Assembly (NCBI GenBank): GCA_964252035.1
Contig: OZ176210.1
Source of the DNA: Podarcis erhardii
Taxonomy: Eukaryota
Length of the DNA stretch: 64,000 bases
Reading direction: 5' to 3' (one strand)
The notes beneath the pieces were generated by a model. The model ran no database searches. It had not been told where the DNA came from and saw nothing but the letters and a program-made list of their open reading frames with translations. Position numbers and translations under genes: made by a program. Positions 11,197 through 23,995 of the stretch are shown here, in pieces (position 1 is the stretch's first letter; the number at the start of each line of letters is the position of its first letter).

Positions 11197-13732
11197 ACAA
11201 AATTTGCTTGCTTTCTACATTAAAGTGACATTTTTGTAGCAACGTAGTCGTTTGCAAAGTAATCCTTGGGAAGCGGGCCGTGGGGGGGAGGAGGGACAGA
11301 GGGAACTCAGACCAACCCTCTCCTTTTCAACTCCCATAGGGTTTGGACTTGAGTCATTTTGAAAGAGTATGCTCTTGCACAGCTCTCAGCCAGGTCAATC
11401 TGTTTGGCAGACCGGTGAGGAGCTAAGTGGCAAAGTGAGGGAACCAGCAAAGACGCTTATGGGCTGGTTTTTATTTTGGCTATTGAATGTTCGCAGATAT
11501 TCTTTTATCAGTTATCTGGAAAGAATTTTTAAAATCGCATGCTAGCATGCCTTGAGAATACTGAAGGCTGACAACTAATGAGTGAAGGTTGCTTTAACGG
11601 AGTGAGCTAATGATAGTCCATTTCCCTCCCCTTTGCTTCCTTACAGGGCACAACTGGCTGACAGCAAGGGGTTGCATCTATTTAGAGAGAACTGAATGAA
11701 GGGAATGATTCATGTTTATTCCCTTGTGAACAGTTGAGAGAATGTAGTCTATTCTTTGACTGGTATAATGGGGGCAACAACTGAAGAATAAAATGCAAAA
11801 TTGACCTTAAAAAAAAAAATTTTTTTTTAAATCTAATTTCTGAAGAAACGCTTTTAAAGGCGAAACATTAGCAAGATTTTAAGGTAAATAAAGTTGGTTT
11901 TATGATGTGGATTTTGATCCCTTCCCCGTTCTTGTTTGGAATCTAACTTCTGGTTAGCTGGGCAGCTGCCCTGAATCTTACTGACTCAGGAGTGGAAAGA
12001 TTTACTTGACGTGGAAATTGGACTTGTCCTTTGCCTATGAAAATGCAGCTGTTGTCGTGTTTTTTAGCATTTGCGTTTATTGCGTTTATTGAAAATGGCC
12101 TATCCCTCCCCCAACCCAGCCAAAGCGCGGAAAAATAAAAATCCTATATAGAGGTGATTCATGACTTGGTGTCCTTGTAGGGGTATCCCAGGAGACAGGG
12201 CTACATGGTCTTGTATAGTTTATGAAGAAGGTAGCAGTCAGCAAATAAACTGTACCTGGAATACGAGACTCATGTTGGACCAAATACGTTCATAGGCAGT
12301 TGTCTGCATATAAGCTGTTTGCTGGGTTTTGGAGCAGATATTTACATGGGGCTTAACCGTAATCTGTGCCGTTTGCATTGTGTTGACATGATCCCTTTGC
12401 TACAGAATTGCTTACAATTTAAACTTGTTGCCTAGCAATTTAAATAAATACTCCTATTACACACCCAATGGATACTATATGGCAGCATGTTATCAGGAAG
12501 GTTGGTAGATAACCCTGTTTAATCATTGAGATTGTTTATATATATGTCTTAAGATAAGCAAAACAACATTGCTCTGAGCTGCCATGAACCCTTAACTTAC
12601 AAATAAAGCAATAAGAGAAAGGGGAGGGGATTCAGATCTCCCAGCTGCCCATGGAAGCAGCCAGTAAGACAGAGCAAATGTGTTGCTGTCCCATGTCTTG
12701 CCAGGGTCTTGAAGATTTGGGGCATACATGCACCTTTTAGTCCAAAGGTTGCTATGCCATATTTTGTAGCTAGTCTTAACATACATACTGATGAAGTAAT
12801 TTGCAGTATGTCAGCGGCCTGGGTGGGGGAACTGGGGAGAAGAAAAAAAGAACCCATTATCCATACTTATCCACCCAAACCTCCCTCTTTTGACTGACTG
12901 GCAGCAATTCATGCTCTCCATAAGTAAGCTGGTAAATAGCTGTTTGCAAGCCAGGTTCGATCTTTTTTTCAGACAGATACATCTGTTCTCTGTTGCTAAC
13001 GGGACTCTGTAAGCAGATCCTTGAAGTTAATTTGGGAGGTAGCATGGAAGATACATGTTAGAAAAAGGTTGTCACTTTTATGTCCTACTTGCTGAGTACA
13101 CAGAAGCATCTGGCTGGCTGATGCTGGCAATAGAATGTTGAACCAGGTAGGCCTTCAGTCTGACCCAGCAAAACATTTGTGGGTGGGGGTTGATCCATCA
13201 TTTGGGCCTAATGAGCAGTGCTAATGCTTCAACAATGCATGTTTTCTCTAAACTGAGGTCCTTTCCTGTCAACCACGTACACAAGACGTGAGCTGAAATC
13301 TTTGGGGAGCATAAAACCAGCCAAAGTCTTTGGGATTATATGCCCTGATGGAGACTCCCTTTCCACTGTATTACTTTATTTATTTCATAAAATTTACATA
13401 CTACTTGATTGTAAAAAAAAACAAAACCCACCTCAGAGCAGTTGGCTAATTGGAAGCAAGACAGGCCTACATTGTGCCTCCAGTCAATTAAGTTTAATTT
13501 CCCAGTATCTGTTAAATGGGATGCTGGGTCCTTGTGCTCTTTCTTTGTTACTCCTCCACCAAATAGTTGCTGTAGACACATGCAGGTGTAATTTCATGGG
13601 ATTGCTAGGAGAAATCCCCTGGGATTTCCATTTGTGGCTTTCTGAGTTCCTTAGAGGAAGAGGAAGACTGTACTTGGAGCATACAATAAAGAGCAACCAG
13701 ATTTCTGTATCAGAAATAGCCTGTGAGTTGGT

Positions 13733-13919
13733 TAGGGTTGCCATACATCCAGAATTTCCTGGAATACTGCAGTTGGAAGCAGTGTCCAGGCATAATTCGG
13801 CAAAATGCCCAGGAAAATCCAGATGTATGGCAACCCATGTGGGCAGTCTCTTTTTTTAAAACAAAAGCTCAACAAGTTTTGTGTCCGTATTTTCACTTTT
13901 TTGAAATGTGGCAACCCTA
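13733..13919. mobile_element. hAT-like MITE with TAGGGTTGCCA termini
   Basis: TAGGGTTGCCA...TGGCAACCCTA, plus an internal second right end at about 13809-13836 forming a ~28-bp imperfect inverted repeat with the left end; no clear TSD. Confidence 0.7.
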
Positions 13920-15388
13920 AATTATGCAAATTTACATGCATGGTGAATTTTAATAATTTTATTTTTTTTCTGCACATGGGAGGGGGAAAATAAGCTCTAT
14001 GTGGCACCAGTGCCTCGTCTCCTGTTGTGTAATGATTCCTACTGGAATATTAGTAAATTTAAAAACTTAGCATTTTTGAACCATGTAGATGAAGTTGTGT
14101 GAAGGAGCCCAGTTTGCTCCCCCACCATGGCAGGTAAATCAGTGTTCTTGGAAAGAAGAAGCAGGACTGAGTAGAGAAATCTCTCTTCTCTTCTGAGAGC
14201 TAAAAAGGAAGTGTATAAGGTTACACTGTGCAGCTTCTTCCCTTTTTTCACATGCTGCCCACAAACTCAATATAAGTGGGACATGCAACAAAATGCCACA
14301 AGCTGCATCGAAAGTGGCATTTCTCCTCACTGTTCCCAGTATATTGGAGAGAAACAGAGGTCAAGCATTTGCTGATATGAGCTGTTAGTGGATTTGATCT
14401 GCACAAGAGGCAAATGACATTTTTGATATAGGATCTTTAATTTAATCCACACATTAGTTGGAATTTTACACCTTTATTTGTGGTCTTGTGCTTGTAACAT
14501 GTGCCAAAATATTAACACGATGTTGGCAATCCAGGCACCCATTGTGTCCCTAGTTAGTGCAGAAAGAAGCCATCTTATTTGCTAATGGGGATTGCTCCCA
14601 ACCCCAGAACCAGCTCTGGTGGAATTCTATCAATCTTCAATTTAGATATTCGAAGACTCGACAGGTTTGCTATTAACCTGAAGGCATGGGAGTTGCCAAA
14701 GGGATAGATGGCCACATCTTTCTAGGTTTCTTTTTCCTTGAATGAAAGAATATATTTCCCCCATCCTGCTCAAAAGTAAGATGTAACAGTAGCTTGTGGG
14801 GCATTTTAAACAAAACTGAAAACCACCTCCCCAAGCACAACTTCTCTGAGTAAAATTGAACCGCAAGCAGCTGCTTTTAAGTGTTCCTTTAAAAGAGAGA
14901 GATGCAATCATGGCTCTGCCGTGTCATGTCTCTTTTGGCCCTAAGTGAAGCAGAGATCTATATCTATTTCCGTACTGTAATCTTTGTCTAATGGTAATAA
15001 CCATTACTTATTAGAGCCTATAAACCATGTTTTAGTCTTATTTGAAGTGCTTGAGGAGGCAACTCTGAATAATGATCATTTACTACTTCCACATGCATAA
15101 AATATATCACAGTGGTTACGTTCTGTCTAATTGCTGGTTCAAAGCCAATCACTGAGCAACACAAGACCTAATTTTTGCACTGATTTATAAAGAGTACATA
15201 AATATTCTAGGTCTTCGTTTTCTGCATGATGGCTTTTTAAAACAGAACAGTACTTGTGTAGGAAAACCATGTACAAATTGTGCATGTAACTGCACATGTA
15301 ACATTTTTGCTATCCTTTTCTTTGTGTGAGGCACCAGGCAAAAACTTTTTTCTATAGCCAGGCCTTTGGCTGATTGAATATTCTATGG

Positions 15389-15637
15389 CAGGGGTCAGCA
15401 AACTTTTTCAGCAGGGGGCTGGTCCACTGTCCCTCAGACCTTGTGGGGGGCGGACTATATTTTTTTTTGGGGGGTGAACAAATTCCTATGCCCCACAAAT
15501 AACCCAGAGATGCATTTTAAATAAAAGGACACATTCTAACCATGTAAAAACACGCTGATTCCCGTACTGTCCACGGGCCAGATTCAGAAGGCGATTGGGC
15601 CGGATCTAGCCCCTGGGCCTTAGTTTACCTACCCATG
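15389..15637. mobile_element. Non-autonomous hAT element
   Basis: TIR caggggtcagcaaact/agtttacctacccatg (imperfect); perfect 8-bp TSD TTCTATGG at 15381-15388 and 15638-15645. Confidence 0.88.
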
Positions 15638-15974
15638 TTCTATGGCCTTTTAAACGTGTTTGTGGGAAGGGGGTTATTGGTTTGTGTTTGATTATGTATT
15701 TTATGTTCTCATCTTGTATTTTTATGTTGTGATCTGCTTTGTGATCTTCAGATAAAGTGTAGTATACAACTTAATAATAGTAATAATAATCTGTTTTCAT
15801 GTGTGACTGATGGACAGCGCACGGAAAGCTTTTAAATTTTCCTCGTTTGCACTTTCCCTAGCAGGAAATAGCTTATGATGCTCTCCCATGGTGCCTTAGG
15901 AGTCTGCCTTGTTTCAACTTGAAGGCCATAGTTTCCTAGTCACAGGAAGTAGAAGTTCTACTTTATTCTGCATC

Positions 15975-16505
15975 AGTCAGACATCCTCTGGAGTACTGTA
16001 TCCAGTTCTGGGCACTGCACTTTAAAAATGGGATATTTCAATTAGGAATAGGTTCAGGAAATGCAACAAAGATATTCAGGGGTGTGGAAATGTTTAAGGA
16101 ACTGGGCATGTTTTGTCTTGAGAAGGCTATGGGGTGGGGCTGTAGAAGACCCAAAGGGTTATCACATAGAATAGGTGCCCCCGATGGCAGGACTTGATCT
16201 AATAGGCTTAAGTCAGGCATGGCCAAACTTGGCCCTCCAGCTGTTTTGGGACTACAATTTCCATCATCCCTGACTACTGGTTCTGTTAGCTAGGGATTAT
16301 GGGAGTTGTAGTCCTAAAACAGCTAGAGGGCCAGGTTTGGCCATGCCTGGGCTTAAGCTACAGGAGCCGTTCAGTAGTGGAACCAGTTGCCTAGAGGGCT
16401 GTTGGGCTGCCCCTCACTCAAGGTCTTCAAGCAGAGGCTGGATAACTATTGTAGTTCTGGGTTTCCTGTGTCAATATAGGATGAACCTATTTTCTTCTGG
16501 AATTA
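15975..16505 (+). mobile_element. CR1 LINE 3' fragment interrupted by a MITE
   Basis: ctggagtactgtatccagttctgggcac is typical of CR1 ORF2; continues after 16350 as cccctcactcaaggtcttcaagcagaggctgg; boundaries approximate. Confidence 0.7.
16214..16350. mobile_element. hAT MITE nested in CR1
   Basis: TIR caggcatggccaaact/ggtttggccatgcctg; flanks gcttaagt and gcttaagc (7/8 TSD). Confidence 0.85.
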
Positions 16506-17865
16506 GAAGTCTTGGTGCTGGAGGTGGAGAGCTGACCTGTTGCATTATTGTAACTGAAAGCAATTTTGGTGTGCTATTATATCCAGCCCTCTCCCAAAGA
16601 ACTATGTGGTCTGACAAACACAGCCTCTTCATCTTTGTAGAAAATGCTCTTTAAACTACAGTTTTCTTGCTGTTAATAATTACAAATAAGAAACATAAGG
16701 CCACTTTTAATACCGCTTGCAGTCATTTTTGCGGTTTAAGGGAACAGCACCCCACATGTATTTATTTCTACTCAGAGCTGAGGGAATGAAAACTGAATGT
16801 TTTCCTTTTCGGGCAAGTTGGGAACCTTTTTTAAACACAGAGCTGTATTCCCTCATGGGAAGCTTTCTGGGGGGCAGAGGCAAAAGTGGGTGGAGCAGTG
16901 GTTATTTATTCACTACATTTATCTCTCACCTTTCCTAAATCTGACTACTCTGAGTAAAAGTCAGTTGAATACAATCCATTATAACCTGTCATTGCAGCTA
17001 TCTTTGATTTTATATAGAGAAGAGTGGGCAGCGGTTGCATACACTGTCTTGGATGGGTGGATCTTGGTCTAAATATTTTAAACTCTTAAAAAAACACGCC
17101 TATAAATACCTTTGCAACCCTGCTAGCAGCAGTTTTTGTCTTTTGGGAAAGGATGCAGTTTCTAACATTTTTGGTTCCTTCTTCTTTGGCCAGTCAAATA
17201 GCAGTGGCGAGCTTTTATTTTACTTGATTGCCCACATTATAATTTGAATTGCTCTATCTGCACAGCTTCCTAATAAAAGCATTTAGCAATTATGTTAATA
17301 TTTTATTAGCTGCCCCAAGAGTTACTGTTAAATGTAAGCATATAAATTGTAAAATAAACTAAATAAATATGTCATGTAAATGTAGGATGTTTTATATTAG
17401 AGTGAGAGAACAGAGTGTGAAAGACTCACTCACCTGCCCTATAGGTCCCATCATCCTTGACCATTGTTTATGCTGGTTGGGGCTGATGGGAATTGTAGTC
17501 CAACAGCCTTTGGTGGGCCATAGGTTTCTACCCTTGTCCTAAAATGAGGTGAAGTGTATGTAACTGACAATGAATACTCATCTTACTCTTCAAAGCAATA
17601 GCATGAAGCTCTTACATGCAGCTCTGCACTAAGTGTGTTTCTGGACCTAATTCATGAAGTGGCTTTGCATTATCTTTATCATGCTGCCTGGAGTGCCCCA
17701 TGAGTTCTTTAGCACACTACAGCCTATATGCAGTGCTACAGCAGCTGCAGTTGGGTATACAGGCTGACAGTGATTGTGTACGCACAATGCCTATTCATTT
17801 CAATACCAATTATACTTAAGCAAAATTACCTGCCATGGTTGTCATTGCAAAAGATGTGCTTATGA

Positions 17866-17952
<87 letters not shown>
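17866..17952. repeat. Compound (AAT)15-T-(ATT)13 microsatellite
   Basis: Counted directly; it is the tail of the adjacent minus-strand L2 end. Confidence 0.97.
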
Positions 17953-17953
<1 letters not shown>

Positions 17954-18005
17954 CCCCACCCAACTGGCTGGGTTTCCCCAGCCACTCTGGGCAGCTTCCA
18001 ACAAA
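17953..18005 (-). mobile_element. L2 LINE 3' terminus (5'-truncated)
   Basis: Reverse complement ggaagctgcccagagtggctggggaaacccagccagttgggtggggtat followed by an AAT tail; near-identical to 55093-55134 and 58301-58352. Confidence 0.75.
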
Positions 18006-20587
18006 ATATTAAATACAATAGTCCTTCAGATATAGAAAGCTTCCCTAAAATATATGACCTTTTCAAGTTAAAAAAATATATAAAGGATTAATGGGACTCC
18101 AGAGTCGTGGCTGTAAACATCAGGCATGGTCTGACGCACTGTCTCCAGTAGTTCTACTTTTGGTTTGTTTGTAACCCCTATGGTGCTATAGAGAAGGGCC
18201 CAAAACCACATTGGATTAATTCTTAAGAAAAGCTTGAAAGCTAAAACATTATCTTGTACACCCCTTAATCTGGGCCCAGTCCCCTACATACATTCATTTT
18301 CTCCCCAAAGTTCACACTGAGATCCAGTTTTATAAGCACAGATGATAAATTCCCCCCTTCCCTACCTTCATGTAAGAGACTCATGAGAACATATCTCATC
18401 AGTGTTTGTTCAAAATATTTGTATACCACCCTTCATCCTGTAGATTCCATAGATTAGCTTACTTTATTCCTGTACAATCAGACTGGATGAGATGCTAGAA
18501 AAATAGGGTCCCTAGCACAGGAGAGAAGGTACTTCCTTTTGTGAATTAGATACATGTAGAGCAAAGGAATCTCTGGAGGCCAAGTCACCAGAATTTGCTG
18601 TAAGGCAGGGTTGGGTTGGGTTAGGTCTGTTGAGGGCAGTGGACATAGGTGGAGCCAAAATGGTGCAGGACACCTCCTTTGCTATTGAACACTTCCTCCC
18701 TCTAGCTTTCCCCATTTCTTCTCCTTGTCACCCACATGAAATTACTGATTGCCCTCTGTCAGGTTGCATGATGTAGACTGTGACAAAAGAACATTTGGGG
18801 AGGGGGAAATAACACTCCCCTCGTCATGGCTGGAAAGAATTACTTGCTTACTACTGTTCCTCTTGTGATCAGATCTTCTAGAGAATACTCCCAAAATCCA
18901 TTTGACTGCAACCTCTGCTTGCTGCAACATTTGTAAATGCCTTTCCAAAAGCAGTTCATTCTCTGCTTCCACTTGGGTCTGTGGCTTCTTCTAAAAGGTG
19001 GTGCATGTGGGAGAAGTGGAGCATTTCACCAGAGAGTGGGAGGAACACAGTGCTCAGGATGTATGTGGTGAAGAGGCTGTGTTTTCATTATGAGTGAAAG
19101 CTTAACCACATTCTATAAACACATCTCGAAGGGAGCTGTGGGGGTATTCTAATTTAGCAAATTAAAGGCACTTTTAAGCGGAGACCACCAAAGGTAAAAA
19201 GCATCTGATACCTAAGGAAACGGCAGCCTTCAGAGAAGGACAAAAATGATAGTGGAGAAATTCAACTGCCATGCTGCTAATTTATGAATGTTCCTCCCTT
19301 TGCTCAGGGCCAGGCTGCATGTGACAGGGGCCTTGGCATTTGCATCTCTACGGCAGGCACTGCTGTAGGCACTTTCCACTTGTAGTGATTTGTGTCATCA
19401 CTTTTCTGCTAGCAGGCTAGAAACGCATCACATTATTACTTCAGTTCGTAAGGCAAGTGCTTCTTAGGCCAGGGGTGGGTGACCTTTTTTAAAGGTGACC
19501 TTTTAGGCTCTGCTAGCCAGCATGCAGCAAGTGCCTCAACTTGTGGGACCTTGTTAACTTCACAGGCTGGAGTTTCTCTTTGAAACTGGGATCACTGGGT
19601 TCCAGTCCTGTTTGCTACAGCTGCTCTGCCGCTTCCAAGAATTTTCTTGCATCAAAGAGATATGAAAATATATCATTAATTATAGTATTGTACTTATTTT
19701 GATGATTCTGGAGTACTGCTTGTATGTACTACATGCCTTGTAATAGCGAGTACATTGTGACTAATACAATCTGTTGTACTTTGCTTGCCATGTAGTCTTT
19801 GTATGCTGGCCTGGACCCGGTTTTTCTATTTGTGTCTGTTATACAGCAGGTTCCTTATTTTTGTGCTCAGTTGTCACCCTGGCAACCTCAGATTAGAAGG
19901 CCCAATCTTTTTGCAGGCCTACTCTGAAGGAAGCCCCATGGGTTTTAAAGCATTACTGTTGAAGTACACAAATACTTTTTTTAGTATAACAAAGCAATGT
20001 AGCTGTTATTTTACTGGAAAGCAAGTTATTTACACATGCCCTACCGGTTTGTTCTGGGACTGTGGGAAAGGCTGCCCTATTCATGTTGGGGCACTTACTA
20101 CTTGTAGTGGTGTCCATCCTGAAACTTCAGTCTGTTGGTTTAATGAATAGCTTGCCAGGGGGCAGGGAGAGGCAAAACGGGTGACTTAATGGAGGCTACA
20201 GGACTGTTTGTTGTTGTGTCAAAATGGGCACATAACTAGAACTAGTTAGCCGTCTTTATGACTTGAAGCTGCCATATCACTTGTGTAAACAATAATAGGA
20301 GAAAAGGGCTGCCAATTAATGAATTGGTTGCGTGCATGTCAGCCTCCATGCATAAGCGGGGGTTTGTTTCATAGAATGCAGGGAGGGAGCGGCTGCTGTT
20401 GCTCTTTGTGATGACAAGGTAGGGGCCAGCCAAGCTCAAGCTGTTTATCTAAATTCAGAGAAGGAAGCAGTTAACCTGTCCTATCAGCTAACAGGCATGT
20501 AAATGAAAGTATGCATGTGCAACAAACAGCAGCAGCTGCTGCTCTTAAAGGAAAATCATCAGTTATTTGAAGTGACAGTGTTTGGTG

Positions 20588-21190
20588 TAGACGGCTCTTG
20601 TTGGCATTTGTCTATATCAAGAGACAATGGGGTGCGCCTCTGGAGGTGAAGTCAAACTGCTGGAGAATCACAGCAGCTGCTGGGACTGCAGAGACCAGTA
20701 ATTGCGTTAGCAGCAACAAAGTGATTTCTCTGGGGCTGCCCAGATAACAAGACACCCTCTCTCAGCCTCGCTGATGTGGTCCAAAGGAAAGCAGAGCAAT
20801 ACATTTGGCACCAGCTTGGCTGTGGGAGTTGCTGGAAGGGGGCATACAAGACACCATCCAGCCGTCTTAGGGATTCCACTCCAGATTTGTGTAGGGTTTA
20901 CTCCTTAGCCTTCTGAAGATGTCTCGCAAGGCAGTGGGTATGGATTTCTACTCAGGGTTTACTCCCAGTCTCCCAATGAGTATGGTCGTAAGGCAGTGGA
21001 GGTTTAGGATCAGTTTCCTTCTCCTTGATTGACTAGCTTCCCAGGTTGACAGGCGCCATCTGCCCCTCACTTCTCTCTACAGTACATGCAGAAACTGCTT
21101 CCTTGCTGTATAGAGTTACTAGTTCTTAGCCAGCTGCTTCATACAGCACTTGAGGTTGACTGAGGTGCTTATACAACTTGAAAACCCACT
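20588..21190. mobile_element. Interspersed repeat of uncertain class (possibly RTE-related)
   Basis: GC-richer block with internal direct repeats (gggtttactcc x2, aaggcagtgg x2); resembles a squamate repeat from memory only. Confidence 0.4.
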
Positions 21191-23742
21191 GATCTGGACT
21201 GTCACCAGCATTGTCCAGAAGAGATGAGCATTTGGATCCTCTTTTTCTTTTGGACTTGTACATCAGCTGCTTTTATTGTTGGTAGAATGAACAGCCCAAC
21301 CTGTGCCTCTTGTCTCATTGCAGCCTAGCTCCACATCTTAAATAGCTGTGGCCCAAGTAGCTACTTTCCTAAAGTCCATGAATAAACATTAAATCCAAGT
21401 TTCCTGTTTTGCCATCTCAGCCTAGTTTTGTAGATACATTTCTGTTTTGGGGACAGCATTTTAATCATCAGTTCAGTTTTGACAGCTTGGCAAACAGCAC
21501 GAAATCCTACCACCTAGATTTGTGTCCCGGGCCCTCAAATCTCTTTGCTTATGGACCACAATCTTCTAAGGGACTGTCTTAGGTCCCACCTTCTCTCCCA
21601 CTCATAACCACATATACCACCTTCCCTCTTATGTGTATAATGTTCCTCTGCCAACTACAGCAATTGCTTGCGTGTGGAAAAACCTTATTAGCAAAGGAAT
21701 GCATTTTTCAATGTCTTCAGTGGAATTCCTAAGCTGGAAAGAAGGAAGTATGCCAGCTCTGTATTGCCAGCCTGCTCTTTTTAGACCACCAGCATGACTG
21801 CTGCCTCAAGTTCTCACTGGGACTAAATGATTTACATTGCTGTAGAAGTTAGTCTCAAAAACAAGCCTTGAGGAAACACAGTATTAGCCTTGAAACTGTA
21901 CTGTGTGATTTTGCTATGTTGGACTTCAGCAGCAGCAGGAATTACCTACCTTTGCTGTTGATAGTGAACACACAGGTATACATTTTTGAAAAATATGCCT
22001 GCAGACTGTCTTAGAAACTTCAGTTTTCTGTCAACAAAACATAGCTGGAATACAACTTTGGTCTGTGGAAAAACCTTTATCTGGTTTTCTAAACATTGCT
22101 CCATGCAGCTTCAGCTTTTTTTTTAACCAGCAGAATGAAAGATTTGGATGCCAAAACTATGATGTAATAGCTGCTTTGAAAAACCGATTAGGCATTCCCC
22201 AAATATTTAACTTTGGAAAGTAGCACCTACTGCTCACATAGAGCATGCTCTGTGTATATATTCATTTACACAACCATAATGGTTCTAACAGGTACAAGGA
22301 ATGGTTGAAGTTGTCTATGGGAGTGCTAGCCACAACCTGCATCCCATCAAGTCCAGTTACTGCCTGTTTTAGAAAAGGTTATGCCTTTGTAACAGGTCAG
22401 TCTGTGGATTATCCAAAACTTTATCTAGTCTGGTTTCATGGATTTGTTTTATTTTGAGTTTCTGCAGCATGAGGCAATAGATAAGGTACTTGGCTAAGTG
22501 CAGCCTCCTGTCTGTATTGTGGCTCATAACATCAAGCAGGGAGGAATTGCCCAGTTGAATCCAGGGTGTAGTTCTGCAGGTGTCATCAGTGTGGTGTCCT
22601 TCAGATGTCGTCTATTTAACTCCCATCAACTGCAGCCAGCCTTGCCAGTGGTCAGGAGTGATGGGAAGACACCTCGGCCCTTCTCCTCACCACCATCATC
22701 ACCAGCTACAGCTGTTTCTCCTCTTCTACCTTACTGCCACCTGCTTGCTTGCCAAACAGGAAGCAGGCAGTGGCATTTGCTCCTCTGTTCTCTGGGCCAG
22801 AGCAAGAGGCAGGTGAACAGAAGGAGCAGGTCCACAGAGCTCTTGGCAGGGGGCTCCTTGCTAGACTATAGCCCATGGTAGATGCTAACCTGTGATGGCT
22901 CTGGAAATAATGAATTGGTGTCTGGTATTAGTAATGGACTGTAAGGGATAAAAAACAAAACTCATTTCAGATCCAAGGGATATACTATTGATCCCAGTGC
23001 TGATGGACCATTTGTCTGCCTGGGAAAATGATTTGAGCAGGCTGAGTTTGGGGATAAACTTGAGTGGCTTTGTCATACTAGCTGAGGCTGGTGTGCCAGC
23101 CGTGACTTGTCTCAGACAGACAGCTTGGCCATTGTTATCTATGCTCCAGAAACCTCCATTTTTGATGAATGCATTGTAAGTGGAGTTGCTTTCTAAGACT
23201 ACGGAAATTAGTTCAAATTCAGCTGCTCTGTTGCTGACAGCAGGCAATGGTAAGGTAATGCAAGGTCTTAAACAAGTGTACTGGCTCCCAGTCTATTTCT
23301 AATCACATCTCAGGAGGGCTGATTCTTGCCCTCAGCGTCTCTGAGATCTTTCTTGGAGGCTTTCCTGAAGGAGTCTTGGCTATCAGAGATGAGGCAGCGG
23401 TGATTTGAGGGGCAAGGGGACTTCTCAGTGGAAGCACTGTGGCTGTGGAATTTTCTCTGGAGAGAGCATCAGCTTGTACCAACTCTACCACTTTGGCAGT
23501 AGACAAAGAACTTTTTTATTTTTCCAAGCCTTTTAACTCCATTTCAACTGTACAGTTTTATGCTGGGGGGTTTGGCCCTGCATTTTATTCTGTATTTTAC
23601 TTTGTATTTTTATTTGTAAGCCACCTTGAACATTTTTATTGAAGGGAAAGTATACAAATTATTTAAATATGAGTTCATATCCCATCTAGGCATTTGAATA
23701 CCTTCCTGTGTTAAGCAAGGATCTCCCTACTAACAGCTACTA

Positions 23743-23995
23743 CAGTGGTACCTCGCAAGACAAATGTCTCGTAAGACGAAAAACGCGCAAGACGAAAGGG
23801 TTTTTCGTTTTTTGAGTTGCTTCGCAAGACGATTTTCCCTATGGGCTTGCTTCGCAAGACGAAAACGTCTTGCGAGTTTGTTTCCTTTTTCTTACAACCG
23901 TTAATACCCAGGGAATCCGCGCTCCCCAAGACGAAAAAATCGCAAGACGAAACAACTCACAGAATGAATGAATTTCGTCTTGCGAGGCACCACTG
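23743..23995. mobile_element. Tc1/mariner (Tigger-like) MITE, copy A
   Basis: TA|CAGTGGTACCTCGC...GCGAGGCACCACTG|TA; TA TSD; about nine internal CAAGACGA-like motifs; homologous to 61786-62098. Confidence 0.9.

Noticed and set aside
13302-13859. 185-aa ORF as a nested gene
   Set aside because: No recognisable domain, TTG start, overlaps a MITE, and similar-length ORFs on both strands; consistent with chance.
17774-18091. Poly-Ile, poly-Asn and poly-Tyr ORFs
   Set aside because: Translation artefacts of the AAT/ATT microsatellite.
22885-23247. 120-aa minus-strand ORF
   Set aside because: No homology I can recognise and no supporting splice or promoter context; the region may be regulatory but I cannot support a call.
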